Positions 9,746 through 24,290 of a stretch of 64,000 nt of DNA are shown here, piece by piece (position 1 is the stretch's first letter; each line of letters starts with the position of its first letter). This DNA is from the human T2T-CHM13v2.0 reference genome, Homo sapiens. A model generated the notes under the pieces. It had not been told where the DNA came from and did not search any database. It saw only the letters and a list, made by a program, of their open reading frames with translations. Where the stretch lies: the NCBI RefSeq assembly GCF_009914755.1, contig NC_060931.1; one strand, written 5' to 3'. The position numbers and the translations under genes were made by a program.

Positions 9746-10420
9746 TAAATTATATACAGCAAAAATAGACAAAAACACAAGAAGACATACACAAATGTTA
9801 AACCTAGAGAGAAATTTGAATATAAGTAAGTCTCTGAATGACTGATAGAACAAACCGAAAAATAGGATGGAGAGGTCTGGAACAGCATGATCAGCAAAAT
9901 TGACATATCTGTCTTTTAATATAGGTAGAAACATAGTTAGATAAAAAAAGGACTTGTCTCGGAGCATGATTTCTGAAAATAGTGGAATCGAGTTTGAATC
10001 TAGTAAGTACATATAAATAAATGTCTTAAAACTCCTCTTATGCTAGCTAATTAAGAAATATTATTGTAATAGACATTAGAAAATATTTTAATAAATTGAG
10101 TGCATTTCACACGCTGAGGAAATGATCTTACTTGCATTTGATAGTTCAATTAGATACATATATACCTATAGGTAGTTTAAAATATTTCTAATAACCTTAT
10201 ATACTTTTAAAAAGCATTGATATATGTTTGCACTATCTGGTCTATAGAGTACACATAACAAACATGATTATAGCTCTTCTGCTATAAACTTCAAATATCT
10301 AATTAATACAAAAATCTAGAATGAGAAGAGTTCTTTGCAATTTTTTTTTTACCAAATAGAATATAGGAAAGATATCTGCAAATATACCTGCCACACTTAT
10401 CTGTGAGTATGGTGGAAGCC

Positions 10421-10709
10421 TTTTTATTTTATTTTGAGAGAGGGTCTCACTTTGTCACCCAAGATGGAGTGTAGTCATGTGATCAGAGCTCACTGAAGCC
10501 TTCACAAACTGTGCTCAAGCGATTCTCCCACCTCAATCTCCTGAGTAGCAGGGACTGCAAGTGCATGACTCCATACTAGCTAATTTTTGTAAAGATAGGG
10601 TTTCACCATGTTGCCCTGGCTGATCTCCATCTCCTGGACCCAAGAGATCTGGCCACCGTGGCCTCCCAAAGTGCTGGGATTATAGTTTTGGGGCACCATG
10701 ATCAGCCCA
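10421..10709 (-). mobile_element. AluJ-type SINE
   Basis: TTTTATTTTGAGAGAGGGTCTCACTTTGTCACCCAAGATGGAGTG...GCTCACTGAAGCC...GGCCTCCCAAAGTGCTGGGATTATAG. Confidence 0.9.
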
Positions 10710-13700
10710 GCCTTAATAAAGGCAGACTAGAGATCTTTATCTATGTATATCTATATCTATCTATAAAATAAACATATGTGTTCCTTATATAAAAATATAT
10801 GTTATTATATAAAAATTTTTTTTCAAGGTAGAAATATATAAAGAGGGTGCATGTAGAGCCTGGGGCATTGTGTAGTGAAGCTCAAGGCCTCTGAAGAAAT
10901 GCCCCTTGCCTCTTGTGTCTGGGCTAGAATCCGAGAAGGGAAAGCAGCAGATGCACTGGTTCCCAGGTTCTTGGCATCCTACAGAGAGAAACTTGTTTGA
11001 GCTAGGGTAGTGTTTAACACCCTTGTTCTTACTCTTCTGTTTTATGTAGTAAGCAGAGACTAGCTTCATGAGAACAGACAGTGACAATCAAGGTTGTCTG
11101 TTATTTTGTGCAGCATTCATTGAGAAATTCTAGCACCTGAAGACCTCTGGGCCATTTGAGGGTAGGTGCAGGGGATGAAAGGGAAGTTTGCATCCCTCCT
11201 GCTGTGGAGAGAACCCGTGGGAAGCACAGACCTTGTCCTAACTGAAGACAGACCCACTTGCTAACCAGCTTCTCATCAGCCAACCCTGGATGAGTTTCCA
11301 TGTCTATTTACTAAATAATCCTTATTGCTCTTCTTCATATGGGCAAAGTATGCTTTACAGGGAATATTGTTCCTTTGAGCACCCATTGTGGAAACCCCTT
11401 CCTGTTGTGGGAAAACAGGCTTCCATATGTGTCTTATTGGGAAACACATAGGCAACTTCTATGTTTTTACTGCATCTATTTCAGGGATTTGGGAACTGAA
11501 TAGTGCCCATCAAAGTCTCACCTGATGTTGGAAATTGATCTGAGAGCGCAGAAGGACAGAATTCTTTCTTTGTTCCTGGGCAGCGGTGGTTGAGGGATCA
11601 TTTTGTGGCAGCTACAGTGGCAATGATGGAGGCAGAACGGAGGGCTCAGTACCAAGACAAGGAGAGACTTGGCCTCACAATGGCAGCATTGCAGTGGTGC
11701 GCTGTACACAGCATTTGCTCACATGGTTTTGGGCATTGTCTCTACCTACATTGCTTCCCCAATAGGTTGACCCATTCTAACTAACTCCTTTTCTCTTTAA
11801 AAAAGCAAACTTCATTTGTATGACTTGCAATTGTAAACGACACCAATTGGCCAGTTATCATTCAAATTCTCTGTTACTTAATCCTGCCTTTTCCTGACGT
11901 ATGCAACTTTCGCCTAAAAAATTGGACACTTTGTTGCTTACTCATTGTCTTTACACATTTTAAAATGTTCCTTTGTGCCCCCAATCCCTAACTACATTTT
12001 CAATGTTTTGCAAGTGGAGTCCATGTGTTCTTGATTTACATGAAGCTCAAAATAATGGTTATAGTAACTAGTACTTCATAATTAAGCAAAAAGCTCTTAT
12101 TGAAAAATGACAGAACTATACATAGGGATGAGAACATGGAGAGATATGTCGTGAGATCACAAAGTTATGGTATGGCAGAAGTAGAACGCTGAGTAGAGAC
12201 TATGTGTTCCCAATCATTATTTCTGCCACCAGCTTTCTATTTTGATGTTAATAATGTTCTTATGTGGGAAACCCTACATATTTGCCAATGTTTAGTTCAT
12301 TGACAAAGAAATAGAACGAGCTTCAAGAACACTCTAATCTTTTAAAAAATAAAATACCTATAATTGGCCAAATGAAAAAATTGGTACTTGACATATACTG
12401 AGACCGTTTTATTTTGTGCTAGACAAATGAAGTCATAGAACAGAATGTGCTTTAAATATTATGAATAGTGCTTGCATGTGTGTGTCTATAGATGCATATT
12501 AGGCCGCTGAAAAGTTTTATTATTCTTTCCAGGAGAGAGACTGCCAACTTTTGAACCTAACTAGAACAAGTATATTGCTTCTTCATATTTCTCTTAAGGC
12601 AAAGAGAGTCTAGTTAAAAATAATTCAACTTGTGGTGGAAATGCTATAAATTGCTGTGAAGTGAGTTGCTGGCTATGGCTTGTCAGAGCAAATATATTGT
12701 ACAAATCTTAGGGGAGAGTTAGTGCTTGTGCATTAAAATCAAATCATCTTGCCGCAAACCGAGAAAAAGGTTAGATTTTTAAAATAATTTCAAAGTCATG
12801 AAAAGAGCAAATATGCTCCACAAAGAGCCTAGCAACCCTCAATGACCAATGTCCCTTTTATATAGTTTGGTATCTGAATTAGAATCCCAGAATCTACAAA
12901 TTCCTCTGGGTGTGGGTGCTGCATTTTGAGGATTTTATAACACTGCCATCACCAAGCTCTCTTTTGATATTCACTTTAAGGAGATAATTTACGGGCAACC
13001 AGAGAGCATAAACCAAAGTAGATATCTATCTAGATAGCTAGATACATCTCCATGTCATTGACAGGATACATTCTGGCCGAGTGTGAGTACAACCTATGGA
13101 TGTGTTTGGAGAGAATAAGTGTTCCACCTGAATGGCAGATCAGGATTATTCCTTCTCATCTGCTGCAATGGCTCAATGTGTTAAGGAGAGGAGCGAGACA
13201 GCAAGAACCGCATTATTCAGTCATACAGACCAAAAGGAGGAATGTCGCCCAGCCCTCTAAACTGACCCAGAACCCAGCTCATGTCTCAACTGCTACCTCT
13301 CCTACTTAGAAAGAAGTAACTCCACCAAAGCAGGGTTCTGGACAAATATATTTTTATCGATCATAAACAAATAGATGAAGATGGACTTGGATGTTAAGAA
13401 AAATAATACTATAGAAAATCGAGAGTAGACACAGTCGCCCCTAGACTTAAATTAAGGGTGTGTACATTAGATAATTTAATCCAATGCATCAGGTAAAAAC
13501 TTGAACAAACCTTTTGGCCTCTTCCTTAAAATTCAAGGAAGCATGTCCTCCAAAAAACAGAATCAAAATATAAATAAAAGACTGGCTTAAGATGAAAGGA
13601 AACCCTACAAATGAAAAGAAGCCAGATTAGAGGCACTTAACTGAGAATGAAAAGAAACTGAGTGGACAAAATAATTATGAGAAGATGAACCTTCAAATCA

Positions 13701-14574
13701 GAAAGAGGGCAAAAAGCTTATTTGATACTATGGGAACTCAAAAGAGAGTGAACACAAATGTGAAAATTCCAGGAGTAAAGAAAAGTAGCATAGCTAAATG
13801 AAGAGCATGAGAAAATGTATACAATTTTGAGTAATAAGAACAGAAATCAAAAGTAACTATTGTATGTTATATTTTAGTAGAGCAACACTGAAGAAGAATG
13901 AAAACAAGAAATAATATTAAATATGAACATATGGCGAACAGAATAATATTTTTAAAATTTTTAGTTTCTAAGCTTATCTGAAATTTTAATTTTGTTTTCT
14001 TATGTAATACCAGAGTTATTAGGAAGGTATTATCTAATAACACTATTTTCAGTGATATTTTAAGTAGCTGTCCTAGAAAAATTTTATTTTTTAAAAATGT
14101 ATATTTAAAAATACATTAAATGTGTATATACATCAATCATATGTATCGATTTATGTTTTTCTTGAATTGCAAATGAAATTTGTATTTTTGTGTTCCTGGA
14201 ATATAATAAACTTGAATGGATTGTAATATGTTATTCATGCTGCAATTCAATATATTTGAATACTTTAAATATGTTACATTTTTAGTTAACAGATACTGAC
14301 CTATAAATTTTCTGTCATATAATGATGCTGTGAGACAATCTAAGAAGAATTAAAATTTAAATTCATGTATTCCTACTTTTTTCTCTGTTCTCTAATTGTA
14401 ATATATTTTAATTACAGATGGAGGAACAGATAGATGTTAGATAAATAGATATATAATAGATAGATCATCCAAAATTCTTATTCTTATGGTTTTATGTAGT
14501 CAGTATTTACCTCTATTTTTCTACATGTTTATCCTTCCTATTTAGTTCATTACTTCCTGCACCTTTGATGTCAT

Positions 14575-15321
14575 ATATATAAACAGGAAATAATACATGG
14601 TGGCCGGGATGTAGAGAGAGCCACAGGACTTGTGAATAAAATCCACAGGCAAGGATGTGGCGATTCCTTTTGCAATATTGGAGGGAATGCCAAACCCTAT
14701 GTTTGCTGTGGAAAACAGTATGGTAGTTCCTCAAAACATCCAAATGGTATTGCCTTATGATTCGGCAGCCCCACATCTCAAGATAGCAAAAGAATTCAAA
14801 GCAGAGTCTTGAAAAAATATTTGCACATCCTTGTTTGCAGCAGCATTATTGGCAATAGCTAAAACGTGGAAGCAATTGAAGTGTCCAACCACAGATGAAT
14901 GCATAAGCAAAACATGATATATACATACAATGGAAAATTATTCAGCCTTAAACATGAGGGAAATATTCTGACATATGTTGCAACTTGGATGAAACTTGAG
15001 GATATTATGTCAAGTGAAATAAGTTAGTCAGTGAAGGACAAATACAGTATAATTCCATTTGTATAAGAGACTTAAAGTGGACAGAATCACAGAGATACTA
15101 AAATGATGATTGTCAGAAGCTGGGGGCAGGAAGACATGGGGAAGTACTGTTTAATGGCTATAGAGTTTCAGTTTCACAAGATGAAACGAGTTATGGAGAT
15201 GGATGGTAGGGATGGCTGCACAATGTTATGACTCTATTTAGTACCACTGAACTTTACACTTAAAATGGTTAACAGAGTACATTTTATGTTATGTGTATTT
15301 TACCACAATAAAAAAATAAAA
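14575..15321 (+). mobile_element. L1MB-type LINE 3' end
   Basis: GCTGTGGAAAACAGTATGGTAGTTCCTCAAAA...GCAGCATTATT...ACAGATGAATG...GAGATGGATGGTAGGGATGGCTGCACAA...CACTTAAAATGGTTAA...TTTTACCACAATAAAAAAA. Confidence 0.88.
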
Positions 15322-17044
15322 TACCTTAGGAACATTTTCCTGAAAGAGTCCACATAAAATTCATTTTAATGCATGTGTTTATGTATAGCTTTCTATTTTT
15401 CTCTTTTCTATTTATATTCCAAATTAGAATATAATGCTAATTAAGCATAGTGGCTGTGTTTCTTGCTTCCTCTCGTCTGCAGGTAGCATACAAATGTAAT
15501 AAACTACTCATTAATGTCACATCTATTTATTTTCTGCCTTATACCAAGCTTGTGGGATTCTCTTAAATACAACATTTTTTATACTTACACCTATGCAATA
15601 CCCATTAGCATCGCCTTCCTAAATCAGGGGAAATTGAGTCTCTCTAAGGTGCAGTAACTTACTAAGATACAAAACTCAGCATTAAAGTCTGTATACTTCA
15701 ATATCCTGCCCTCTTCTCATGTGTCTTTACTGCCTTTTATGTATGTGTTAGATGTTCAACAAATTCTATTTTTTAAACTGAATTTAAGCAGTGGAGCAGT
15801 GTTTTGTTGAACAATAAATATGATATTGGACACTCTTCCTCCCTTTCACTTATGATGCAGTTCATGAAAAAGAGAAATTCTTTCATTGTGGTAGAAGCTT
15901 AAAATAATGAAAATGCCACTTTCTACATTAAATAGAAACTGAAGGGAATCAAGGTGAATTGCATGAGACATAGAAAACCAGTGGGAAATAAATCTAGTAT
16001 AATTTCCCATTTGTGTACCTTTGTTATTTAGCATTTGAGAAAATGTTTCCCTCAAATATCTTCCCATCTTAATTCATGACTATGAAGTAGACATTTATGT
16101 CTCACCTTGTCAAGAAGGGCCAACTCTAACATAAACATTTCCCAAAAATGCTTCCTGCTAAAACGTAAGCTCAGTCTGGCTTGAAATTAAGCTCACTTCA
16201 TAAAAATTAGTTGGTAGCTAATCTTTGCATGCTGTTCTCTGAACTTGAGTGAAAGCTGTCCATCAGGCATACAGGGAATGACGGAAAAGGTGACAACAGA
16301 AGATGAATGCTATGTCACTAACCTTCAAAGATGACCTGCCTTTTCTTTCAAATTCTTGATATCTTAAGACTTCATTAATTCATCTCTCTTTGCCCTTGGT
16401 TCAACATTGTGCTATACCAAAACTCATGTAAAACAATGATCTAATGTAATAAAAATGGCATTTTTCTTTCATGTAGATGCAAGCTATCTGGCATTTTTAC
16501 AATCCACATACTTCCGTTGTCAATTTTTCATTCTGTATTGGAGCTAATTGACAGGTATTTCTGAAGGGATGAAGGTGATTCTGTGTTCATTGTGATCCAA
16601 ACTTTTTTTAGACCTATTGGTGTTGTAAAACAATTTGTGCCAGCTGACCAAGGACCACTGTGGCAGAAAGCAGCAAACGTGCATAAGATGTCGCTGCCTC
16701 ATCAGTTGGCTTTGAAAACTAGGGGCTTAGTCTATAGTCCTATGAATCAAAGACATTGATATATGTAGTATAAGATTACAGTCATATTTTCCTTTTGACA
16801 GTCACATTATAAAGCATGATGTATTGCAATTAATCTCAATTAGCTGATGACAATTAAAATTAATAGTTTATTATTGCTGATAAACAATCATGACTCTCCT
16901 GTTCTCAAATGTGCAAGGAATTCTGGTAATTTTAATACAAATTAGCATATTATTACTAATTGATTTAATCTCATTGGATTTGGTTCATGGATCCAATTTA
17001 TTAAAATATTGATAATGGGATAATGATTTGTCTCCCCATTTCAT

Positions 17045-17370
17045 TTACACGAAAAGTCACAATTCTTACAATGCTCTGCAAGCCCATCGTGGTCTGCCGC
17101 ATGTTAACCGCCAAAATTCTTTTATGTCTTCACCCTTGAACTTACCAGTGGTCCTGGCCACCTCACTGTCCTCTGGACATGCCAACATGCTGCTGCCTTA
17201 TGACCAAGACTCTAGTTAATTTCTTAGCTTGGAAAGATAGCCCTCCATATATCCATTGATGAGCTCATTCAACTTCCTCAAGTCTTTACTGAAACCTCAC
17301 ATTCTCGATGAGACCTATTCAGTATTTCAAACTGTCTCCCAGCTGCAACAGTCCAAAACTCCTTAGTCTT
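17045..17370 (+). mobile_element. L2 LINE 3' fragment
   Basis: AAAAGTCACAATTCTTACAATGCTCTGCAAGCCC...CTGGCCACCTCACTGTCCTCTGGACATGCCAACATGCT...CTTCCTCAAGTCTTTACTGAAACCTCAC resembles the L2 3' region. Confidence 0.6.
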
Positions 17371-17384
17371 CTGTGTATTTTTGA

Positions 17385-19830
17385 AAGGATTTATTGAGAT
17401 ATAATTTACATACTGTAGAGTGCACATATTAATGTCTACAAGTCAAGGCTTTTAGTATATACACAGATAAGTGGAGCCATCATCACAATGAATTTTAGAG
17501 CATTTTCATCACTTCAAAAAGAAACCCCACCTTCTCTAGCTGTTAACCTCCTATGCAGCCATCCCCTACTCAATCCTAAGCAACAACAAATCTGTTTTTT
17601 GTCTCTGTAGATCTTCCTATTCTATTTTCATCTAAATAGAATCATACAATAGGTGGCCTTTTTGCCTGGTTTCTTTCAGTTGGCATAATGCTATCAAGGT
17701 TCATATGCGTATTGGTACTTTATTTCTTTTTATAACTGTATAACATTCAATTTCATGGATATAACATTTTGTTTATCCAATATTATTTTGTTGACATTTG
17801 AGTTGTGTTCAGCCTTTGGCTATTTTAAATACTGCTGTTAAAATACTTGTGTACAATTTGTGTTTGAACACCTCTTTCCAGTACTCTGGGGGTATACCTG
17901 GGAATAAATTTCTGGGTCATATGACAATTCTATGTTTCATATATTTAGAAGCCATCAACCTATTTTCCAAAGTGACCAGTTCTAGCCATAGAGTATCTAA
18001 CTGTGGTTTTGATTTGTAGTTGCCTGATGAGTGATGCTGTTGAGTATCTTTTTATGGGATTATTGACCGTTCGTGTATCTTCTTGGGATACACAACTATT
18101 CCTATCATTTATCAGTTTTGAGTTGGGATTTTTGTTACTGAGTTAAAACAATTTTTCTATATTCAAGATACATATATAAGCAGACATATAGATATGTGTT
18201 TCTCAAATATTTTCTCACAATTTTTGAACTGCCTTTTGACTTGCTTGGTTGTCCTTTGAAACACCAATGTCTTTAATTTTTAAGAAATTTTAAATATCTA
18301 ATTTTTATTTTGTTGCTCCTGTTTTTGGGGTTACAACTATTTCTTTGCTAGATCCAAAATCCTGAAGATTTTCGCATATGCTTTATTCTAGCTCTTGCAT
18401 GCATGTCTTTAATTCATTTGAGTTAATATTTTTGTATGCTTTGGGGTAAGGGTTCCAATTTACTATTTTGCAAGTGTCGATCCACGTGTACGTTGTTGAC
18501 CCAGTGTGTTCCAAGACTGTCTCTTCCTCATTGAATTGCACATGGCACCACTTTAAGAATCCATTGACTATAGATACATAGTTTTATATATGGACTCTCA
18601 ATTCTCTTCCATCAACCCATATAATTTTCCTTCATCAGTATTGTGTTTTGATTACTGATACTTTGCCGTAAGCTTTGGAGCACGGGGCTGTGAATTATCC
18701 TAATATGTTTTCTTTTATCAAGACTATTTTGGCTATTTTGAGTCCCTTACCATCCCATGTGTATTTTAGAATCAGCTTGTCTGTTTCTAGACAGAAGTCT
18801 GTTGAGATACTTGCAGGGATTACGTCAAATCTGTAGTTCACCTTGTAAAGTACTACAATATTAAATCTTCCAATTCATGGGTGGAAGATGTTTGCTAATT
18901 ATTTAGACATTCTTTAAACAATAATTTTTAATTTTCAGAGTAAAATCTTGTATCACATTTTCCAACTTAATTATTATTTCTTTTTTTGATGCTATTTTAA
19001 ATTGAAGTGTTTTCTTAATTTCATTTTGGGGTTTTCATTGTAGATATGTGTAATTGATTTTTGTACATTTATCTTGTATGCTGTATGTAATATTGCTGAA
19101 ATAAATTACTAGTTCTATCGTTCAATGGATTCCTTAAAATTTTCTATATACAAGAATGTATATATCCTATTCTTATCTCTGACCATAGCGGGAAAGCATC
19201 CTTTACCATTAAGTTACATGCTCACTGTTGGCTTTTCACAGGTGCCATGTATCTGGTGTAGAAAGTTCTCTATTCCTAGTTCATTGAGTTTTTATTTTTA
19301 TTTTTAATCATTAAAGCATTTGGATTTTGTTAAATGTCTTTTCCAAATCTATCGACATGATCATGCAATTTTTCTTTCTTATTCTATGGATAAGATGTAT
19401 TACCGTAATGGAATTTGGGCTGTTAAACCAACCTGAGATTACTAGTATAAATTTCACTTTGTCATAGTGTGTAATTCTTTTATATGTTGCTAGATCTGAT
19501 TTGTTACTATTTTTTAAGGAATTTTGCATTTATACTTATAATAGTTTTATTTTTCTATGCTATTTGGACTAATTTTTGTATCAAGGTAACACTGGCCCCA
19601 CAGAATAAATTGGGAAGTGAATATTTCTCTTTTTAAAAAAAGTCAGTCAAGAATTTATATCAACTAGTAAACACAAACAAATATGATTAATATTATAAAT
19701 TATTAATTTCTCTAATTTTTATTTTCTTCCTTCTGCTTGCTTTAGGTTTAGTTTGCTATTCTTTCCAGTGCCTTAATATGGAAGGTCATCTTATCTCCTC
19801 CTTTCCTTTGTCTTTTCATTTTCTAAATAG
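17385..19830 (-). mobile_element. L1MB-type LINE, 3' UTR plus degenerate ORF2
   Basis: TTTATTGAGATATAATTTACATAC... is the reverse L1MB 3' end. ORF 19311..19529 (ITHYDKVKFILVISGWFN...MIMSIDLEKTFNKI) matches L1 RT motifs IHHDQVGFIPGMQGWFN...MIISIDAEKAFDKI. Confidence 0.88.
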
Positions 19831-19839
19831 TGTCTTTTT

Positions 19840-20230
19840 AGCATCAGGTGAGCTCCCCAGTTTGGTAGTACTCCATATTTATTGCTGTACAACAATGAAA
19901 GGTAATATGTCCTGAAGACAATGGAAACTTAACATTCAAAATCCTCCTAGATTCCTCCTTATGTGATATGTCTCTTCCTTTGATTGGTCCTAATTTCTAC
20001 CCTTTCTCTATTATAAACCATGAGTACAATGGCATTCAATGAGTTCTGTGAGTCTTTTTAGTAAATTCTTGAAACTGAGGGTGTTCTGGGGAAACCCCTG
20101 AACTGGCAGTTGGTGACAAAAGTGCGAATCATCTTATATGGCCTCTTCCTTTGAACTTTGCAGCTGGACCCAAACTCTGCACAATTTGGGCCAGAAGTCT
20201 CGTGTTGACTTGCAGCCTAAATTATCTTGT
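19840..20230 (+). mobile_element. ERVL-class LTR fragment (MER21/MER77-like)
   Basis: AATGAGTTCTGTGAGTCTTTTTAGTAAATTCTTGAAACTGAGGGTGTTCTGGGGAAACCCCTGAACTGGCAGTTGGTG resembles MER21C/MER77. Confidence 0.65.
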
Positions 20231-20746
20231 AGTTTGTCTAACCCTCAATAAATTTGCTTTCATCAAATATTGTATTTGTTACCCCAAAATTACTATCATG
20301 ATTCTTTTCTCCAAATAACTAACATTGGGAGAAATAGCCAGCTGAATCTGTAACTCAACAGAAACAAGTGATCCATATACCATATAAGTGGCCATTTCAT
20401 TTTGCCTTCTTCCACCAAATCTTAGCAACCTCAACCATTGCCATGAGCCACTGTAGGCCTACCGTGTACAAACAAACAAGTATGTTTTAAAAACACTTCA
20501 TACTCCATTTGATAAATTTCCCAGCAAAGAGATGCTTACTTTAACTCTATGCAAGTGGCTCATATTACTAAAGTCTGGAGATATTATCCATATAGTGTGA
20601 GAAAATCATCCCAGCGATGCCAGCACATTCTCCTTCCCATGATCTGCTAAGTTTGCAAACATATTCAGGCCGTAGGTGAGAGATTTGTATTTCACAGTAC
20701 AACAATTTTATGGAGGTCATTGAAACTTAGATTTAGCATTTTAGCA

Positions 20747-21088
20747 CAGTCACGCATCACTGAATGACAGGGATACGTTCTAACAGATGCATCCACAGGC
20801 AATTTCATCATTTTGCAAACGTCAGAGAGAATATTACAAACACCTAGATTGTACAGCCTATCACTTTTAGGTTATATGGCATAACCTCTCTCTCCCAGGC
20901 TACAAACCTGTGTAGTACATTACTATACTGAATACTGCAGGCAATAAGAACACAGTGGTAAGAGTTTATGTATGTAAACATACTTAAACACGGAAAAGTA
21001 TGTAAAAATATGTATTATAATCTCATGGGACCACTTTTGTATATGTAATCCATCTGTGACTGAAATATTATTATGCATGACATAACTC
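20747..21088 (-). mobile_element. Tigger3a/MER7A-type TcMar DNA transposon, near full length
   Basis: Begins CAGTCACGCATCACTGAATGACAGGGATACGTTCT, contains GCTACAAACCTGT and TATTATAATCTCATGGGACCAC, and ends with a degenerate TIR followed by TA. Confidence 0.85.
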
Positions 21089-23843
21089 TATGAAAAAATA
21101 ATACATTTTAAAAAATTTACACATGTATCAAACATATTATTATAAAAATAAAAATATTTATTCAGCGTAAGAATTTGTAATAATCACAGCTTATATTTAA
21201 GTACAGTTTCAAATGCCTAGTGCAATTACTATTTATTTCTTTGTGTATTTTAAACATGCATATAATAAATATTTTTCAGCTTCAACAATATATATCAATC
21301 CTACAGGCTCTTATAAATATTAGTTAAAATCAATTGGTAAATTCATGTATATATATGCATACCTGTATCAGTGAGCGTGTGTGCATGTATGTTTGTGTAA
21401 ATGTAATTGTATGTGTGTGTAAATGTAATTGGATGCATCCTTATATTTACCCTTAGCTACAAGATTTCCAAGATTCTTTTATGATCTTTAGACGATGGGC
21501 ATTTAAAGATTTACCAAATACAACTGTAATAGTAGAAAACATCAAGATGTTATTAAATTCATATTGTGCACATAATTGTTTTTGTAAATTTATGTTTCTT
21601 GCAAAACTGGCAGTAATGCTCATGCAAAAAATAATTTTCTAAATAAAAAATAAAAACGTTTTCTCAGTCATTAATTCTTAAAATTATTTCTCCCCAATAA
21701 TTAGTGTGAATTAATTCTTAATTCTTAATTATAGAATAATGTTGCCCTTCAGAGTTCGGAAATTTTTACATGTTGTACACATTTCACTAACCAGAACAAC
21801 TTCTGAAATACTGGCATTAATTAATGTCACTCAGCAATTATTGATTTCAAAGGCATTAAGTACCATTCATATTCTGAATCACAAGGGTACTTTGGCATCT
21901 TATTTAATCAAGCTCTTTGTATCATCATCTACACTTTAATTACTTAACAAACATTTCTCTGTGTGAGAAAGTTTGAGCAGGTTATTGTGCTTTTTTAAGA
22001 TGCAACTTTTGCTTAATCTAGAGATAGGCAATGCTCCCTATAAGGGACAAGGAGAAAAATAAATGAGCAATAGAGATGTGACAGGCATGGAAAAAGACAA
22101 TACATTTATAAAACAAATAGGGCCACGGATGATGATAATGGGGATCAAATCTTGAGATACTGACTCAGTTTATAACCGCACTGTATAATAGAGCAAATCA
22201 TTTGTTAATTTTTTTACAAATGGAATTTAATTTAATTAAGATGAATACAGTGTTTTAAACAAGGCAGCTCATCTTAAAATAAAATAATGGAATAAAGTGA
22301 TAAAACCAATGTAAAAACCATAAACATTTTATAAAGAATTTTTGTCATTTAATTTAATAATTTTATTCATTTAAAATCATCCAAATTAAAATAATTTTAT
22401 CTTAATTAACAAATAATCATCAGAAGTTTAACTAATTTTTACTTTATAATACTAGGTTTAAAAATTCTTAACTATATTTTTAATCACATATGCTTATATA
22501 TAAAATAGACATATGATATATATTTACATGTTCACAATATTATATTGTAATTGTTCCTATGGATGTGGTTTTTCAATAGAATTAATAAGTACTTTTAAAA
22601 AGTTTCAATTTCAATAATGTATATGATAGATTTTTCTTAGACAAAGCTTACATATATTGATAGGTAATAATATGAAAATCTTCTAAAGGCATTACAGGAA
22701 CACGAAAATGTAATTAAATACTCACTAATTTCTAATGTTTTATGTAAGCGGAACACATTTAACTAAAAATTGCTTTCATATAATACTCAAACGAGACTAA
22801 AAACTTTTTAACCAGCTGAGTAAGTCTTCAAATTGTTAATCTGAACTATAGAAGAGGAGAAACTTCAGGCACTCCAATATTTGAAATGCTACAAAATATT
22901 TATATAAACTGTTATTTCACAATATCTGTTTGTAGAGTGCTATACAGTAATCAATATAAATGACATCTCAAGTCTTTCTATAGCTTTGACCACATTTACA
23001 TCCTAATTTTAATTATTAATATGTTGGAGCAGTGCGTACGACCTGATTCGGATCTTCCTTTTTAATCAGTAAAAATATGTCCTTTGAGACAGCATTAAAG
23101 AAAGAGCACCTTTTATAAATTCAATGCGAAGAGACAAGATATTCTTGATTCTGAAGTCTTGTTCTTTTATACAGCAATGTAATTAATAAGAAGAAAAGCA
23201 GGACATAGATGTGGAGCCTATTTTAATAAAAAACTGTCTATAGATTTTGAAGATAAAATTTAAAAATCTACTATATTTAATTAGTAACAAAAAACAAGGT
23301 TTTGGGAACATATTTGTTCAATAAAACACCCCTACCAAGTGCTGACGAGAAAAAAAGTTAGGTACCACCATTCTTCTCTGCAGATGGCCTGAGATGGGTT
23401 AATTTGAAAGAATCCTTCCAAACCTGAGGTGACCCCTGAGAACAGCATAATCCACTGCTGTCTCCCACATTCAGTTTCTCAGTTTGTGCTCTTTTAATTT
23501 TGCGGGGAGGGAAGCCAGTTCTTTAAACCAATCTTCAGCATCATGGCAGAGCCAAGGAGTGTGGACAGGTGGCACGGTGTCTGACTTTGTTCCAGCAGCC
23601 ACTTGGGATTTCTCTGGATCTTCTCTGCCCTAGGGATAGCACCACTATTGAAAACATATCTTTGTGACATTCTCTATGCCAGGAATTCCCAACACATTTT
23701 CCTTGAAACTGATGAAATGAATAAAAATAAACCAAGAGGTGTGCTGTTTGTTTCTTTTCCCTCCTTTCTGCAGCCCTTCTTGATCATCTAATATGTTAAA
23801 TACATTGCCGATCACCAAAAGGAGCATAAGGGGTATATTGATT

Positions 23844-24290
23844 TGTAGCAGATGTATTAATAGCCCAGCCCCTATTCCTTACCTGTAGCTGCTGGGAAGA
23901 AAACCATTCTTAACACTCTACAGGGTCTCATCTCCAGAATTTGCAGCTGTTTCTAGCTGAGGACTTTCTCTAGCAGCACGGGAGTTTGATACTGGGTATG
24001 AAGTGGGAAGAATAGGTGAAGGTAACTAAGAAGAATCTCCCTGGAATCAGTGATGTAATTCTGAGGCATGTTCCACATAGCTTCTCATAGAATTAAGCCC
24101 AGATATCTAACACAGGAACTTGCCTCTTAACACGTGTGGTACTGGTTTTTCTATCTTTCCTGTTTTATTTTATTCTCTCTTCCTTGTCTCACTTTCACTG
24201 TGTCCTCACTCCTGCTTTAAGAATACCCAAACAAATACATTCATTTATTTTTTTAGAGTCTCAGAACACAGTTGATAGTTGAACTTGTAA
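23844..24290 (+). mobile_element. ERVL LTR (LTR16-like)
   Basis: TGTAGCAGATG...GCTGAGGACTTTCTCT...AATTCTGAGGCATGTTCCACATAGCTTCTC...GAATTAAGCCCAG...CCTTGTCTCACTTTC resembles the LTR16 family. Confidence 0.6.

Noticed and set aside
13017-13046. Short palindrome CTATCTAGATAG
   Set aside because: It arises from abutting TCTA/TAGA microsatellite units and is too short to be meaningful.
13500-13950. A-rich stretch possibly derived from an ancient L1
   Set aside because: Too degenerate to assign by eye.
23365-23400. Possible splice acceptor TTCTTCTCTGCAG followed by ATG
   Set aside because: No recognisable exon, ORF or homology follows; such motifs occur by chance.
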